Shown here piece by piece: positions 15,290-27,387 of a stretch of DNA of 64,000 bases. The position numbers and the translations under genes are program-made. A model generated the notes under the pieces. That model was not told the origin of the DNA, ran no database searches, and worked only from the letters and a program-made list of their open reading frames with translations. Every line of letters begins with the position of its first letter. Within the stretch, counting starts at the first letter, position 1. The stretch is from Octopus vulgaris (lineage: Eukaryota), in contig OX597817.1 in assembly GCA_951406725.2 (NCBI GenBank), forward strand, positions 93,372,001 to 93,436,000, given 5' to 3'.

Positions 15290-15720
15290 GGTTTCAAATT
15301 TTGCAACAAGGGCAGCAATTCTGGGGGAGGGGATGATTGCAACGATCCCAGTACTCAACTGGTACTTATTTTATTGACCCCGAAAGGTTGAAAGGTAAAG
15401 TCGACCTCGGCGGAATTTGAACTCAGAACGTAGCGATGGGCGAAATACCGCTAAGCATATCAAGTGTGCTAACGATTCAGCCAGCTTGCCGCCTTAAAAT
15501 ACTAATAATAATAATTTTTACTATAGGCACGAGGCCTGAGATTGGTGGGGTGAGGATAAATCGATTACATCGACCCCACTACTTGACTGGTACTTAATGA
15601 ACCCCGAAAGTATGAAAGGCAAAGTCAACCTCGGCGAAATTTGAACTCAGAACGTATCCACGGGCGAAATGCCGTTAAGCAGTTTTCCCAGCGTGCTAAA
15701 GATTCTGCCAGCTCGCGGCA
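15290..15720 (-). mobile_element. Two tandem SINE family 1 copies within (TAA)n
   Basis: Each shows the reverse complement of GGCGGCGAGCTGG..AATCGTTAGC and GAGTTCAAATTCC; separated by a short TAA run. Confidence 0.85.
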
Positions 15721-15743
15721 TTAATATCAATGATGATGATGAC

Positions 15744-15800
<57 letters not shown>

Positions 15801-15844
15801 TATTATTATTAATTATTATTATAATAATAATGATGATGATGATT

Positions 15845-17261
15845 TCTTTTATTTGCCACCAGGACGAAGGATGAGGGTGACAGTACAAAAACAGATATAA
15901 AGTGTTAGAGTTTACATGTAACGGAATGATAAAAGATAAAGTATACACGTTATACATTAGAAGGGAAGTATACATAGTATATGACACTAGAAAAAATAAA
16001 TAAAAATAAAATAAAAAAGGGATTGTGATGGGACCCCTCTAGGGACAATCAAGGAACCCCACTATCCAAGACCACCCTGAATACCAAGGATGAGAGCCCA
16101 CTCCGAATTCTTTCTTCCGATTCACAGGTCTACACAGAGTGGTACCATCAGCTCTTGTCATTTTCGCAACTTTCACCCACCTTTCCATAAATTCACTCGA
16201 GGACAGCACCTCCTCCACCCTCACTTTACTTTTCAAGTGAAACTACACAACTCCACAAACCAGCAATGCCCGAATACTGAACGAATGCATGCAGAACGGT
16301 TTCGTCGCTCTGCGAGCACCTCGGACAAGCCCGCCTGACAGCACTTCTATGCCTGTAGAGTTTATCTCGAACCGATAGCGCCCCACTGGTAGCACTGCCA
16401 AGCCAAAGACATCTGGAAATTATCCATAACAGTCCCCGACCGGAAAGTCCTCCGGAATAGACTTGCCAGTTCGCGACACTTAGGGTCTCCCCGAGGACGT
16501 CGTCACACTTCCCCGCGATTAATCCTCTGTAAATATCTAAAGAGGAACATCCACCGATCCTATTGCCCGACTTGTAGACTACAGTGAGCGTCTGACGACA
16601 TTCTAAGTGCCGGGCGCCCAACCTTAGCCTATCCTTTACACAGGACTGCAGCTCCGTCAAGAAGACGAGCTGTAGAAAGGCGTGTCTCACAAACGGAGCC
16701 CACACGTTCACCGCCTAGAAATCGCTGCAGGTAGCGCAACCTGAGTACGTGTCTGCGCATTAAAAGCCACGGCATGCATAAGCTGCCACGCGAGGAAGTT
16801 GGCAGCAGACAGGCCGCCTGACCATTGAAATGCGTCCCTTCCACAAGAAAATAACTGGGGTAAGGCACGACGGTCAGACGATAAATAATGACAAAGGGAT
16901 GTAGGCATTCGACACCTCTGCCCGACCTTTCAGCGATAACTTCCTCTCTGTCCATTTCACCTCTTCCCAATTCTTATCCACCTGGAGGACGGGACCAAAC
17001 CAGACCCCGAGCAGTCCAGTGTCAGACGGCATCGATCTGTCTTTCCAGGTGCCCAGTCTCAATCCCACCAACGGACTTGTCGGCATTGATTTTAGCCCCT
17101 GCAACCGACTCATATTCCTTTACAATGGAGCCGACCTTCTCCACTTCGGAGGCGTCCGACACCGTGACGGTGACATCGTCCGTGTATGCAGACACTGCCC
17201 ACCCGAATCTAATTTCAAAAGGCAGGTTTCTTAACTGTCCTAACTTCCGCAACAGTGGCTC
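15845..17261 (-). mobile_element. 5'-truncated Tx1-like (L1-clade) LINE
   Basis: EPLLRKL, SAYTDDVTV, GAKINADKS and CPRC..DETVLHAF; homologous to 27388-29320; 3' end ...GTGGCAAATAAAAGAAA runs into (TCA/TTA)n. Confidence 0.88.
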
Positions 17262-19622
17262 GGTCAAGTGTTGGAGGTGCTGGGCTGGAGTACTACTGGC
17301 GATTAAAAGGTCATCGACTCACGCAAAGACAAAATCTAACCCACGAACGACCTCATCAATGAACCTTTGGAACATGCTGGCCGCATTATGAAGTCCAAAC
17401 GACATAGACAAGAATTCAAACGCTCCAAAAGGCGTGGTAACAGCTGTCTTTGGAATGTCGTCGGTGTTGACAGGGATTTGATGGTACGCGCGTACCAAGT
17501 CTATCTTAGAAAAAATCTTACAGCCATGCAGAGCAGACGAAAAATCTTGAACATTAGGAAGGGGATAGCGATCTGCAACAGTGACGGTGCTAAGACGTCT
17601 AAAATGTCCAACAGGTCGGAAATCAGCGTCATTCTTCCTGGCCATGTATAGGGGTGCTGCCCACGGGCTAGTGGAGGGACGAATGAGGCCCAGCTGAAGC
17701 ATGTGCTCGAATTCAGCCGGGCGATCCGGAGTTTCTCTGGAGACAAACGGCGTGGTCGGCAAAAGACTGGAGGTCCCTTGGTCGTGATGGAATGTCTCTT
17801 GGAAAGAGCTGAATTCGACGGATGAAATGACAAATCAGTCAACTCTGGAAACGAAGCGAGTAACTGTTGGTAGGCGTCACCCGAAGTGGCCACGAAGAAA
17901 GGTTTCACAACGGGGACAGAAGAATCCTTTCCGGGAACGGCGAGTGAAGTTGCGTTATCAATGAGTCGGCGTCCTCTAACGTCTACAATGAGAGAATAGT
18001 GGTGTGAGAAATCAGTACCAAGAATAGGATAGGGCAGGTCTGCAATGACAAAGATCCACTTGAAATTCCTTCAGAGTGACAAATCCAAGTTGAGGGATAT
18101 TTGTCCATAGGTCTTGAGAGAGAGATATCCGAAAGAGAGAGATATCCGAAAGAGAGAGATATCCGAAAGACCAGGATTGGTGGAGCTAAACCGTCAAGGC
18201 CAAATACTTAAGCTGGCACCCGTATCCACCATAAAGGACTTTGAAGAATTGGCATCTCTGATAAAGAACGCATGATAGGGTGAATCAATGGGGGAGACGA
18301 CTGACGTGCCCAGTGTCTCCCTGAGAAGCGTAGAAGCATGGCTGTGTACATTTCTCGGCTTGGTCCTTGAACTTCCTGTGGTACCAGCACTGAGGGAGCA
18401 GGAGGAGCAGGAGGTTCCTACACGTGCGTGAAACTTGACGAGTCAGTTTTGCGATAGCCCGCAAGATTTCAGAGGCTTGTATGTCGACCGGAGCAGAAGA
18501 ACAAACTCGAGGGGAAGACGACGAAGAAGCGCAGTGAGGCAAAAGAAAAGGACTCATTTTAGAATGATAATTGGAAAACGAAACGGCACAAAGAACAACT
18601 GGTTGAAGAAACGCTGTCATAAATTACAGTCAAAATACCCTAGTTGAAAGAAGACACGACGAGCAGCGAACTAGGAAAATTTTGTTTCAATAGAAGTGGA
18701 TGAAAATAGAAGAAATCCTTGATAGTTGATGAGGAACAAATTATGGGCAATGCGTGGAAAATCCGGGTGGTTAAGAGAAAGAAACTCATACCCGGCACGT
18801 AGGAAAATGTTCTGTCCATGTGAATTCTGGAGAAAATTCCGGATAATTATTTTTCCTTTTTTATAAGCAAGAAGAAAATTCTCTGGGACGCCGTGTCTTC
18901 AAATGACCAAGTTGTAATTTCGGTTACAACCTGAAGAAAAACGATTTGCAGTTTTCGGCTTGAAAATGGCGTCAAAATTTTCCTGGTGAAGAAGACAATA
19001 TGGCGACGAGAGACAACAGTGGTGTTCCAATATGACGAGAGGCGATTTGGTTGCTTAGCCAAAGTCGCGAAGGAGAAAAGAGAATATGTATTCGCTGGTC
19101 TATATTTGCCCGGTGTTCACCATTTTAAATGAATATGTTCATTTTCCATGTCCGGTCACCATTTTAGAAGTCTGTGTTCACGTCGTTGAGCCACCTAATA
19201 TGACTCTCAGAAGGCTGTAATCTCGCTGGTAGTAAACCCGGAAGAAAAACATACCCAAGCAAGGTTGTAACTTTAAACGCGTTTATTGTGGCCACACGTA
19301 TATACACAATGGAATGATATATAAAATGGTCGGTGCGTAAGCGCCATGGTCTTCTGTGCTATGCTCTTATTTGTAGGCTGGCCTGTGGCATAAGATAGAG
19401 ACAGTCAAGTTGAATCCTCATAGCCTGCGTGTCAGTGCAGAAAAGAGGAAGAGATGAGGTCACGTGTCTGAAACTTAATGTTGTGTAATGCTCTCTATAT
19501 CTAGCCTGCTGGTCTGACCCACTGTGAGGGTGGGGGGTAATGCGCCTAAAAAACTTTCAGAAGCTGTCTAGAAGCTGGTTGCTTAATACGTAATTATCAA
19601 CTGTCCAGTGACTTCGGTCACA
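17262..19622 (-). mobile_element. 3'-truncated Ty3/Gypsy LTR retrotransposon (5' LTR ~19162-19622, PBS, gag, protease, RT)
   Basis: RT motifs YPLP, FSKIDLVRAYHQIP, KTAVTTPFG and FGLHNA..FQRFID; protease VVDTGA near 18220; PBS-like TGGTGACC starting at 19161; putative LTR starts with TG and contains AATAAA (19282-19287). Confidence 0.85.
18117..18168. repeat. Three tandem copies of a 17-bp unit GAGAGAGATATCCGAAA inside the Gypsy protease region
   Basis: Directly visible. Confidence 0.85.
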
Positions 19623-20664
19623 CGGAATGACACGCTGATTGGTTACTTATAAATTCATTTGGAAACAACTTATTGCATTTTCTCTTTCATACAACGCATT
19701 GATTTTTACTGCTTATTGGTGAGCTAATTCTTTTCTCTGCCAGCATCACTCCAGTGGATTGCTATTCCTATCGTCGTACTCATCGTTATACACGGATTAA
19801 AATCATAATTACCTTTATTTACTTGTTACACCGTGTTTTCCTCCCCCAAAATGTCTTCTGATAATTTCATTTTTTCACATTGAGCAACTTCTCTTATCAA
19901 AGGATGAAGGAAGTCCTGAAATACGTTGTCTCATGTCCGTTCTCTGCTGGAGGGAAACTCTTCGGTTTCGAAGTCGACGTTGGCCCTTGGTACTTCTAGC
20001 AATAAGGACGTGGTGATTTCGTTTACTTCAGCTCCGACCAATAACAGTAAAAGTCTTGCCCTCTGGGTCTGTTGTTGCTGCTGTTGTTGTATGTCTCTTT
20101 TTTCTTTCCTGTTCCTCTTTTTCAGAACAGAAGGATTTCAAAGTGATCTTTACAACCGCCTGTGCTATAAAAAGATCTTTTATCCTGCACTACCCGTTTG
20201 CATGATTCAATCTCTGGCTCCCAAGTGGGATACGATTCTATGAAAACATAAGATAGCAGTATAATGGGGCGGCGAGTAAAATCATTATTTGCCTAGATTC
20301 TGTTTATTTGTGGAGTGTCTTTATCCAACTATATTTAAAAGATATGACAGTGAGATAATGTATACAGTACTTGCCATTTGAGATCCAAATTCTATATAAT
20401 GCAGGGAGGGGAGACACATACTAAACATCATACATACACCTTAATACACACATCTTATACACGTATATTTGAGAGATTCGACAAGACAGAGCAAGACTGT
20501 TTTCAAACCGAGAGTAGAGTACTCTCAGAATTCAAAGTGATTTTAGTTTTTTTTTTATGTGAGTAACTCGTCATATATTCACAAAATAATTTACATCTAA
20601 TACAGAATACTCAGAATACTCTCTAATGAGAGAGAGTTTACTTGAATATGGTGTGTTGCCTTAC

Positions 20665-21816
20665 CTGCAAGAGAAGCACTGGCAGTACTACCGACTCCAA
20701 GTGCCAGTGTGAAAAAACCGAACGATACAGCTATATTATCTTTGCCTGCAATATAAGCCAATATGGACGGGTCTAATCCAGCTGTTATTCCATAGAAAAG
20801 TCCAAAAAAAGCAGAGAATAGCATGCAAAACCAGAAGTGTTGCAGCAATGGAATAAGAAGAGTTGACACGCCGCTCAGTAACATGGCCACGGTGTAGAGC
20901 ATTAAGATGTTCAATTTTGAATAACACGACGCTGCTCCAGCTAGTAGTCGACCGACAAATCCAGTGATTCCGATTACAGACACTAAAATGGCGGCTTTCT
21001 TTGTGGTTGTACCAAATGACTCAGCATAGTCCAATATGATAATAGCAGGAACTCCAGCGCCAGTAGCTGACAGCAAACAGGAGCAGAAAAGCACTAGATA
21101 TTTTGTATTTTTGAAGATATTAACATCACGGAGACAATTTTTTATACAGTTCCAACATCTATGAATCTTTCCCGTGAAACTTTGCTCTCCATTTTTTGAA
21201 GGCTTTTCCACCAAATGATTTCCTTTCATGGCGTTTGCACAAAAGCTTTGGTAATATTCTAAAGAATATCTATCAACAGTTGAGATAGAATTAGATTGTG
21301 TACTGGAATGTTGCTCATCAGTACACATGTGTCTCTTCGTTCCTGTTTGAAAATCTCCTGAGTCTTTAATAACATTTGTTGATGAGGAATGAAACTGAAT
21401 GTAATTTACGCTCGAGCCTCGTTTCGTTTTACTGTGAAAACTTGATTTCATATCGATCAAACCATCCATCCATAAATCTTTCAGAACTGCCGAAATATTA
21501 GGGTAAATATTGACATTAAACGAGTTTGATATTCTTTTAGTCGATTTTTTCCGAAATTGGCAACAAGGAAATAATTTATTTCTTTTAGGGAACATCAAAA
21601 GAGAACAAAGACCAGTAACTAGTTGAATACCAGATAGGAACTGCATTGATGGTCGCCAGCCAACCGAGGCTATCAGCTCGCTGATTATAATAGGAAATAT
21701 GATATTTCCCACTCCACAACCACTCGATGATATTGCACAGGCAAGACCTTGCTTTTCCTGGAAATGTTCCGTCACACATAGAATTGCCGTCAGATTCAAG
21801 CAACCGAAACCAATTC
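20665..21816 (-). CDS. SLC16/MCT-family transporter, coding exon 3 (TM4/5 to TM11 with long central loop)
   Basis: Acceptor TTTTTTCCTAG|GA and donor GCAG|GTAAGG; 1152 nt, phase 1-1. Motifs GIGFG, HFQEKQGLACAISSSGCGVG, GWR and GRLLAG are typical of MCTs. Confidence 0.93.
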
Positions 21817-22356
21817 CTAGGAAAAAATAAAAGAAATTGATATTATTATGAATGTTATCTATCTATCTGTCTATCTATTTACATACATACATAAGACAGA
21901 CAGATGGACGGACGGGTAGGTTGGGAGACAAACAGACAGATAGATAGATAGATTTACAAATGATGCTACCTAGCTTTAGAAACAAGCTTAAACAGAGAGC
22001 TTGGTTCTTCGGAAAGGGTAAAATGAATTGCTTGTATTAGGTCCAGTCACTTTACAGCATGCTACTTAAAGCTTCATGGTTGAAGATATTATTCCGATAG
22101 ACCTGGCTGGTAACAGTAATTCCAGTAAGTCTAGCGATACGGCACTAGTGGGAAAGTGTGATGAGGACACCCAGAATAGCTGTGGCGTGACTATAATTGA
22201 TATCATTTTTATTAATTTAAAATGATTGATATCTTAGATAGGATATGGAATTTTTCCTCCCTACAGAAATTGCAAAGAGTTTTTCCGCTAATGTTTTTTA
22301 CTATTAAAAACTAAAATCGAATAAAATATTTTACAATTGGTGTGACTTGCCTATAG

Positions 22357-23180
22357 TCTCTATTTATAAAACTGAAATGCGAAAAGTTTGTTTGTTTGTC
22401 TGGTTTTTGGCATTAGAACGGGTTAAAGGCCACTAGATCCCGTCGCATTGACTCCAAAATTTACAAGGACATGTAAAATGAGGTGAGGATGAGAGTGGGC
22501 TAGGTTAGAAATCCCCATCTTAAAAGGTGTCGTTGCTAGGGCCAAAAACTCACTTTGACAAGTCTACTCTCATTCTTTAATGTATCTGTCTTCCTCCGTC
22601 ACTCATTCTCTTTCCTCCCTTCCCATCACTTTCTATATATAACGTTGTTTAACAGCGTCTAACTCCCCTTCACTTTCTCTTTATTCTTTATAACGTCCTC
22701 AAAGAGCGTTCTGTATCTCCCCCTCCTCCCCGCCTTCGACAGCGCTTTCACACACACTCTCTCTCTCTCTCTTTACGTCTGTCTGCATTCATAAACAGAA
22801 TTATCATCGCCACCACCACCACACAATCATGAGAACAAATATTATGAATCAGATATTCATTGGGTTAATTTATATGTGTGTGTGTGTGTTCTATATATAA
22901 ATATGTATATTAAACTTTTTAATACTTTTTGATAGTTATATATATATATTTTTTAATTATAAATATAAATTAATAATTTTCATTTTAAATTTAAATAATT
23001 TAAATTTTTAAATTTTATATTTTATATATTTTGTATATTATATTTTCATTTTTATGTTTGATTAGCCTAATAGTGGTTTTATCTCTAATTTAATTTATTT
23101 GTATACATTTGTATATATAATGCGTACACACATACACACATAATGCTTGCCCGTGCGTAGAGCGGGTCACCTTAAGCTAG
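22357..23180 (+). mobile_element. Non-autonomous Helitron-like element
   Basis: 5' TCTCTATTTATAAA start; 3' GC-rich hairpin CCCGTGCGTAGAGCGGG followed by CTAG|T; no TSD. Confidence 0.65.
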
Positions 23181-23836
23181 TTGTCTTATATAACTTGATA
23201 GAGCTGCGGTGTTTCCCTAACATATTTAGTAGCATATTTGTGAATCGAGTAACACCTTTTGACAGATCAGATTAATGTTTACGTTTAAGTACTGCATGTG
23301 GAATTATAATTAAAATTTTGCATTTTTCTCTTTACCTTGACTAGATTTAATTAAAATTAATCATTAAGACTGTCTCCTTTCATCTTCACTACAAAGATAA
23401 TTTTTAATTCATTGAAAAAAAATTTTGCTCACTACATTAAATATTAAGTTATCACTATTGAGTTTCGTGCAGACAACGTCCCAGTGTAATTTTCCTTGAT
23501 TGTTCATTGTAATTTATTCTCTTATTTACTACAGCAGTTCTTGCTAATTAACTCGTTTTTTATATATTAAAAATGTCTGATGTTTTAGGTAGCTCTTGGA
23601 ATTTCTCATCGTTATAAAAGGCTACGAAAAATGTTTCCGTTTTCTTATTTTTTCTAAATGCTAAAATCGGTCATGGCGTTTCAAAATTGGTATGATTAGC
23701 CATTAGTTGCCTTAAGTCGCTCAATAAAACTGCAGCGTTTTTCTTTTCTTTTCTTATGCATCAATATTTCTTTCTTATGACTTATAAAGAGAAAAGGAGT
23801 ATTAGTGAGTTAATTGGAAAAAAAATATCAAAATAT

Positions 23837-24006
23837 AGGCGCAGGAGTGGCTGTGTGGTAAGTAGCTTGTTTACCAACCACATGGTTCCGGGTTCAGTCC
23901 CACTGTGTGGCATCTTGGGCAAGTGTATTCTACTATAGCCTCAGGCCGACCAAAGCCTTGTGAGTGGATTTGGTAGACGGAAACTGAAAGAAACCCGTCG
24001 TATATA

Positions 24007-24083
<77 letters not shown>

Positions 24084-24470
24084 AGGCGCAATGGCCCAGT
24101 GGTTAGGGCAACGGACTCGCGGTCATAGGATCGCGGTTTCGATTCCCAGACAGGGCGTTGTGAGTGTTTATTGAGCGAAAACACCTAAAACCTCCACGAG
24201 GCTCTGGCAGGGGATGGTGGTGATCCCTGCTGTACTCTTTCAGCACAACTTTCTCTCACTCTTACTTCCTGTTTCTGTTGTACCTGTATTTCAAGGGGCC
24301 GGCCTTGTCACTCTCTGTGTCACGCTGAATATCCCCGAGAACTACGTTAAGGGTGCACGTGTCTGTGGAGTGCTCAGCCACTTACACGTTAATTTCACGA
24401 GCAGGCTGTTCTGTTGATTCGTATCAACCGGAACCCTCATCGTCGTAACCGACGGAGTGCTTCCATCCAT

Positions 24471-24539
<69 letters not shown>

Positions 24540-24760
24540 TGTGTGTGTTTGTGTGTCTGTGTTTGTCCCCCTAGCATTGCTTGACAACCGATGCTGGTGT
24601 GTTTATGTCCCCGTTACTTAGCGGTTCGGCAAAAGAGACCGATAGAATAAGTACTGTGCTTACAAAAGAATAAGTCCCGGGGTCGAGTTGCTCGATTAAA
24701 GGCGGTACTCCAGCATGGCCGCAGTCAAATGACTGAAACAAGTAAAAGAGAGTAAAGAGG
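23837..24760 (+). mobile_element. SINE family 2 (tRNA head, internal TA/TG microsatellite) hosting a nested family 3 SINE
   Basis: GGCGCAGGAGTGGCTGTGTGGTAAG...GGGTTCAGTCCC head; tail CAGCATGGCCGCAGTCAAATGACTGAAACAAGTAAAAGAG. Confidence 0.88.
24082..24472 (+). mobile_element. SINE family 3 (OR-like) inserted in the internal microsatellite of the family 2 SINE
   Basis: GGAGGCGCAATGGCCCAGTGGTTAG head like 4135-4437 but a different 3' half; ends in (CCAT)n. Confidence 0.8.
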
Positions 24761-24853
24761 AGAATCGTAATAGTGGTTCTTACTTGGAATATACATCCTT
24801 TGTCAGGCTTCAGAAACCATAATGGTAAGATGAGAAATAGATTGTATATTTAC

Positions 24854-24997
24854 CTGCTAGTATACTATACAGCACGTAGAGTTGTAGAAGAGTATTGGCA
24901 TAGGAACTTGTAAGTAAACCTATGAATGATATAACTGAGCCAAATATTGCAACTGGACGTGAGTGGAGTCTCTTGACTAGAAGGCCTGCAACTGGAC
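24854..24997 (-). CDS. SLC16/MCT-family transporter, coding exon 2
   Basis: Acceptor TTACACAG|GT and donor GCAG|GTAAAT; 144 nt, phase 1-1. GPVAGLLVKRLHSRPVAIFGSVISFIGLLTSSYANTLLQLYVLYSILA corresponds to the MFS motif A region and TM3-4. Confidence 0.92.
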
Positions 24998-25442
24998 CTG
25001 TGTAATAAAGTAAATATATCAACAATTTTTATCATAGAACATATAAGGATTGCAATGAAGAAGACAGTGAAGGAGTCTCTAGCCATCGAAGTGAGAAGTT
25101 CATAGACACAAGAAAGATAATACCAGTTCGTAGTCAATAGCACACAGTAAGTGAAATACTGTATCAAGACGTCGCGGCCATGATGCTGAGCCAGTTACAG
25201 GTAGAAGGACAGGATGTAGTAGAGTTAATCGATACGGGAAGGATAAATCCCATAAGGATTTGAACTCAAGACGTAGACCATCGAGACTAAATATACAAAA
25301 TATTTTGTCTGTCAATTTGATAGCATGCACTGCTCTCTCACTCAATGATAATAATAATGATGATGGCGATGATGATGATGATGATGATGAGTAGGAGGAG
25401 GAGGAGGAGGAGGATGATAACTACGACGACGACGGTGAAGAC

Positions 25443-25474
<32 letters not shown>

Positions 25475-25496
25475 GGAGGAGGAGGAGGAGGAGGAG

Positions 25497-26292
25497 GATA
25501 ATGCATGGACAATTTCATACTGATGTTGAAGATAAGACAGAAAAAAGATGCCTATGGATGACTATGAGTGATTTAAAACCGGAAACGGTGGCTCTAATCT
25601 GTGCTGCCAAAGAGCAAGCATTAAGAACCAATTACATCAAATACAGAATAGACAACACATCAGGAAGTGAAAAGTGCAGAATTTGTGAACAAAATGGAGA
25701 AACCGTATGGCTTATTACCAGTCAATGTATGCCACTAGCCCAGAAAGAATATAAGAGACGTCATGACAATATAGCAATGATTGTCCATTGGACACTTTGC
25801 AACAAGTATGGACTTGACGGAGCAAAAAAGTGGTACGAACATAAACGCGATGAGGAACCGAAAATGATAATCCTATAGGATTTTATGATTCGGTGCGACC
25901 ATGAAATAGAGAATAAGAAACCAGACATAGTGTTAATTGTGAAAGAAAGCAAACGATGTTGGATCATAGATATAGCATGCCCAGCTGAAAACAAGGTAAG
26001 CGATGAGGAAGAAAGAAAAGTCGATAGATATAACAGGTTATCTTGGGAGATTAAGCAGTTGTGGTCACTGAAAAAGGTGGAAATAGTACCAATAATTGTC
26101 GGAGTACTGGGAACAGTGAGTAATAATCTCGAGTAGTACATGTAACAAATAGGGGCTGCAGAAAACAGCACTGTTTAAAACCGCTCGAATACTCCAGATG
26201 GTGCTCGAAAAATAACGGAGGTTACCTTAGTCCACTGGTAGTGAACTGCTGACACCGTAATACATCTCCAGCATTAGAAGCTGTGCAAAGAC
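25497..26292 (+). mobile_element. R4/Dong-like LINE 3' fragment, family E
   Basis: MHGQF, LKPET..LICAAKEQALRTNY, CRIC, RRHD and KPDIV..IIDIACP; followed by a TAA tail. Confidence 0.88.
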
Positions 26293-26339
<47 letters not shown>

Positions 26340-26361
26340 TAATAATAATAATAATAATAAT

Positions 26362-26565
26362 CCTTTCTACTATAGGCACAAGGTCTGACATTTTGGGGAG
26401 GGGACCAGTCGATTACATCGACCCCAGTATTTCACTGGTACTTAATCTATCGATCTCGAAAAGATGGAAGGCAAAGTCAACGTCGGCAGAATTAAACTCA
26501 GAACGTAAAGGCAGACGAAATACCGCTGAGCCTTTCGTCCGGCATACTAACGATTCTGCCAGCCT
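26362..26565 (-). mobile_element. SINE family 1 within (TAA)n
   Basis: Reverse-complement head and core; tail ...GTAGAAAGGATTATT. Confidence 0.85.
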
Positions 26566-26577
26566 TAATAATAATAA

Positions 26578-26709
<132 letters not shown>

Positions 26710-26723
26710 TGATTATGATAATG

Positions 26724-26811
<88 letters not shown>

Positions 26812-26850
26812 GGATAATGATGATGATAATAATAATAATAATAATAATAA

Positions 26851-27387
26851 TTCTTTCTTTATAGACCACTAGGGCCGCACCAGAAAAACAAAGGGCGATA
26901 CAACAAAAGGACAATGCGGATTTACATATAATGCGTGTAAAGGGTAAAAAAAACAATAACAATTAACAATAAAAATTCGAACAGTAAAATTCCTCCAAAG
27001 TGGGGAAGTTCCATCCAGGAGCAGCCAAGGAACCCCACATATCTTGGAGACGTTGAACACCAAGGGAGACTTGGGCGGGCATCTCTCTTCTCTCCATTCC
27101 CTCTGGCCTACAGGTGCATGCTCAGAGTAAGCCCATTCACACGTGACATCCTCGCTACATTCACTCACCTTTTAACAAAAATACCGGTGTCAGTGAGGGT
27201 GGGGAACAGTATTTCTCTCTCTATCCTCACCACCCTTTGGAACATGTAAGTCGATAAGGACTTGACCGAAGCGGAAAGTATCTGTCTTCGGTCCTTTGAA
27301 CCTTGGCCACACTACCTCTTTCGCTATAGCCACTACACAGAGAAAAACTGCCTCTTTCCCGGTCAAAAGAAGGCGGCGGGGCGGATC
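26851..27387 (-). mobile_element. Tx1-like LINE 3' fragment (diverged subfamily)
   Basis: Reverse complement of 27230-27385 aligns with 28780-28970 (AVFLC.VA.AKEV.W); 3' end GCCCTAGTGGTCTATAAAGAAAGAA followed by (TTA)n. Confidence 0.8.

Noticed and set aside
20597-20664. ORF extension KATHHIQV... to the stop at 20597
   Set aside because: Read-through past the GTAAGG donor; the real TM12 exon is at 1109-1290.
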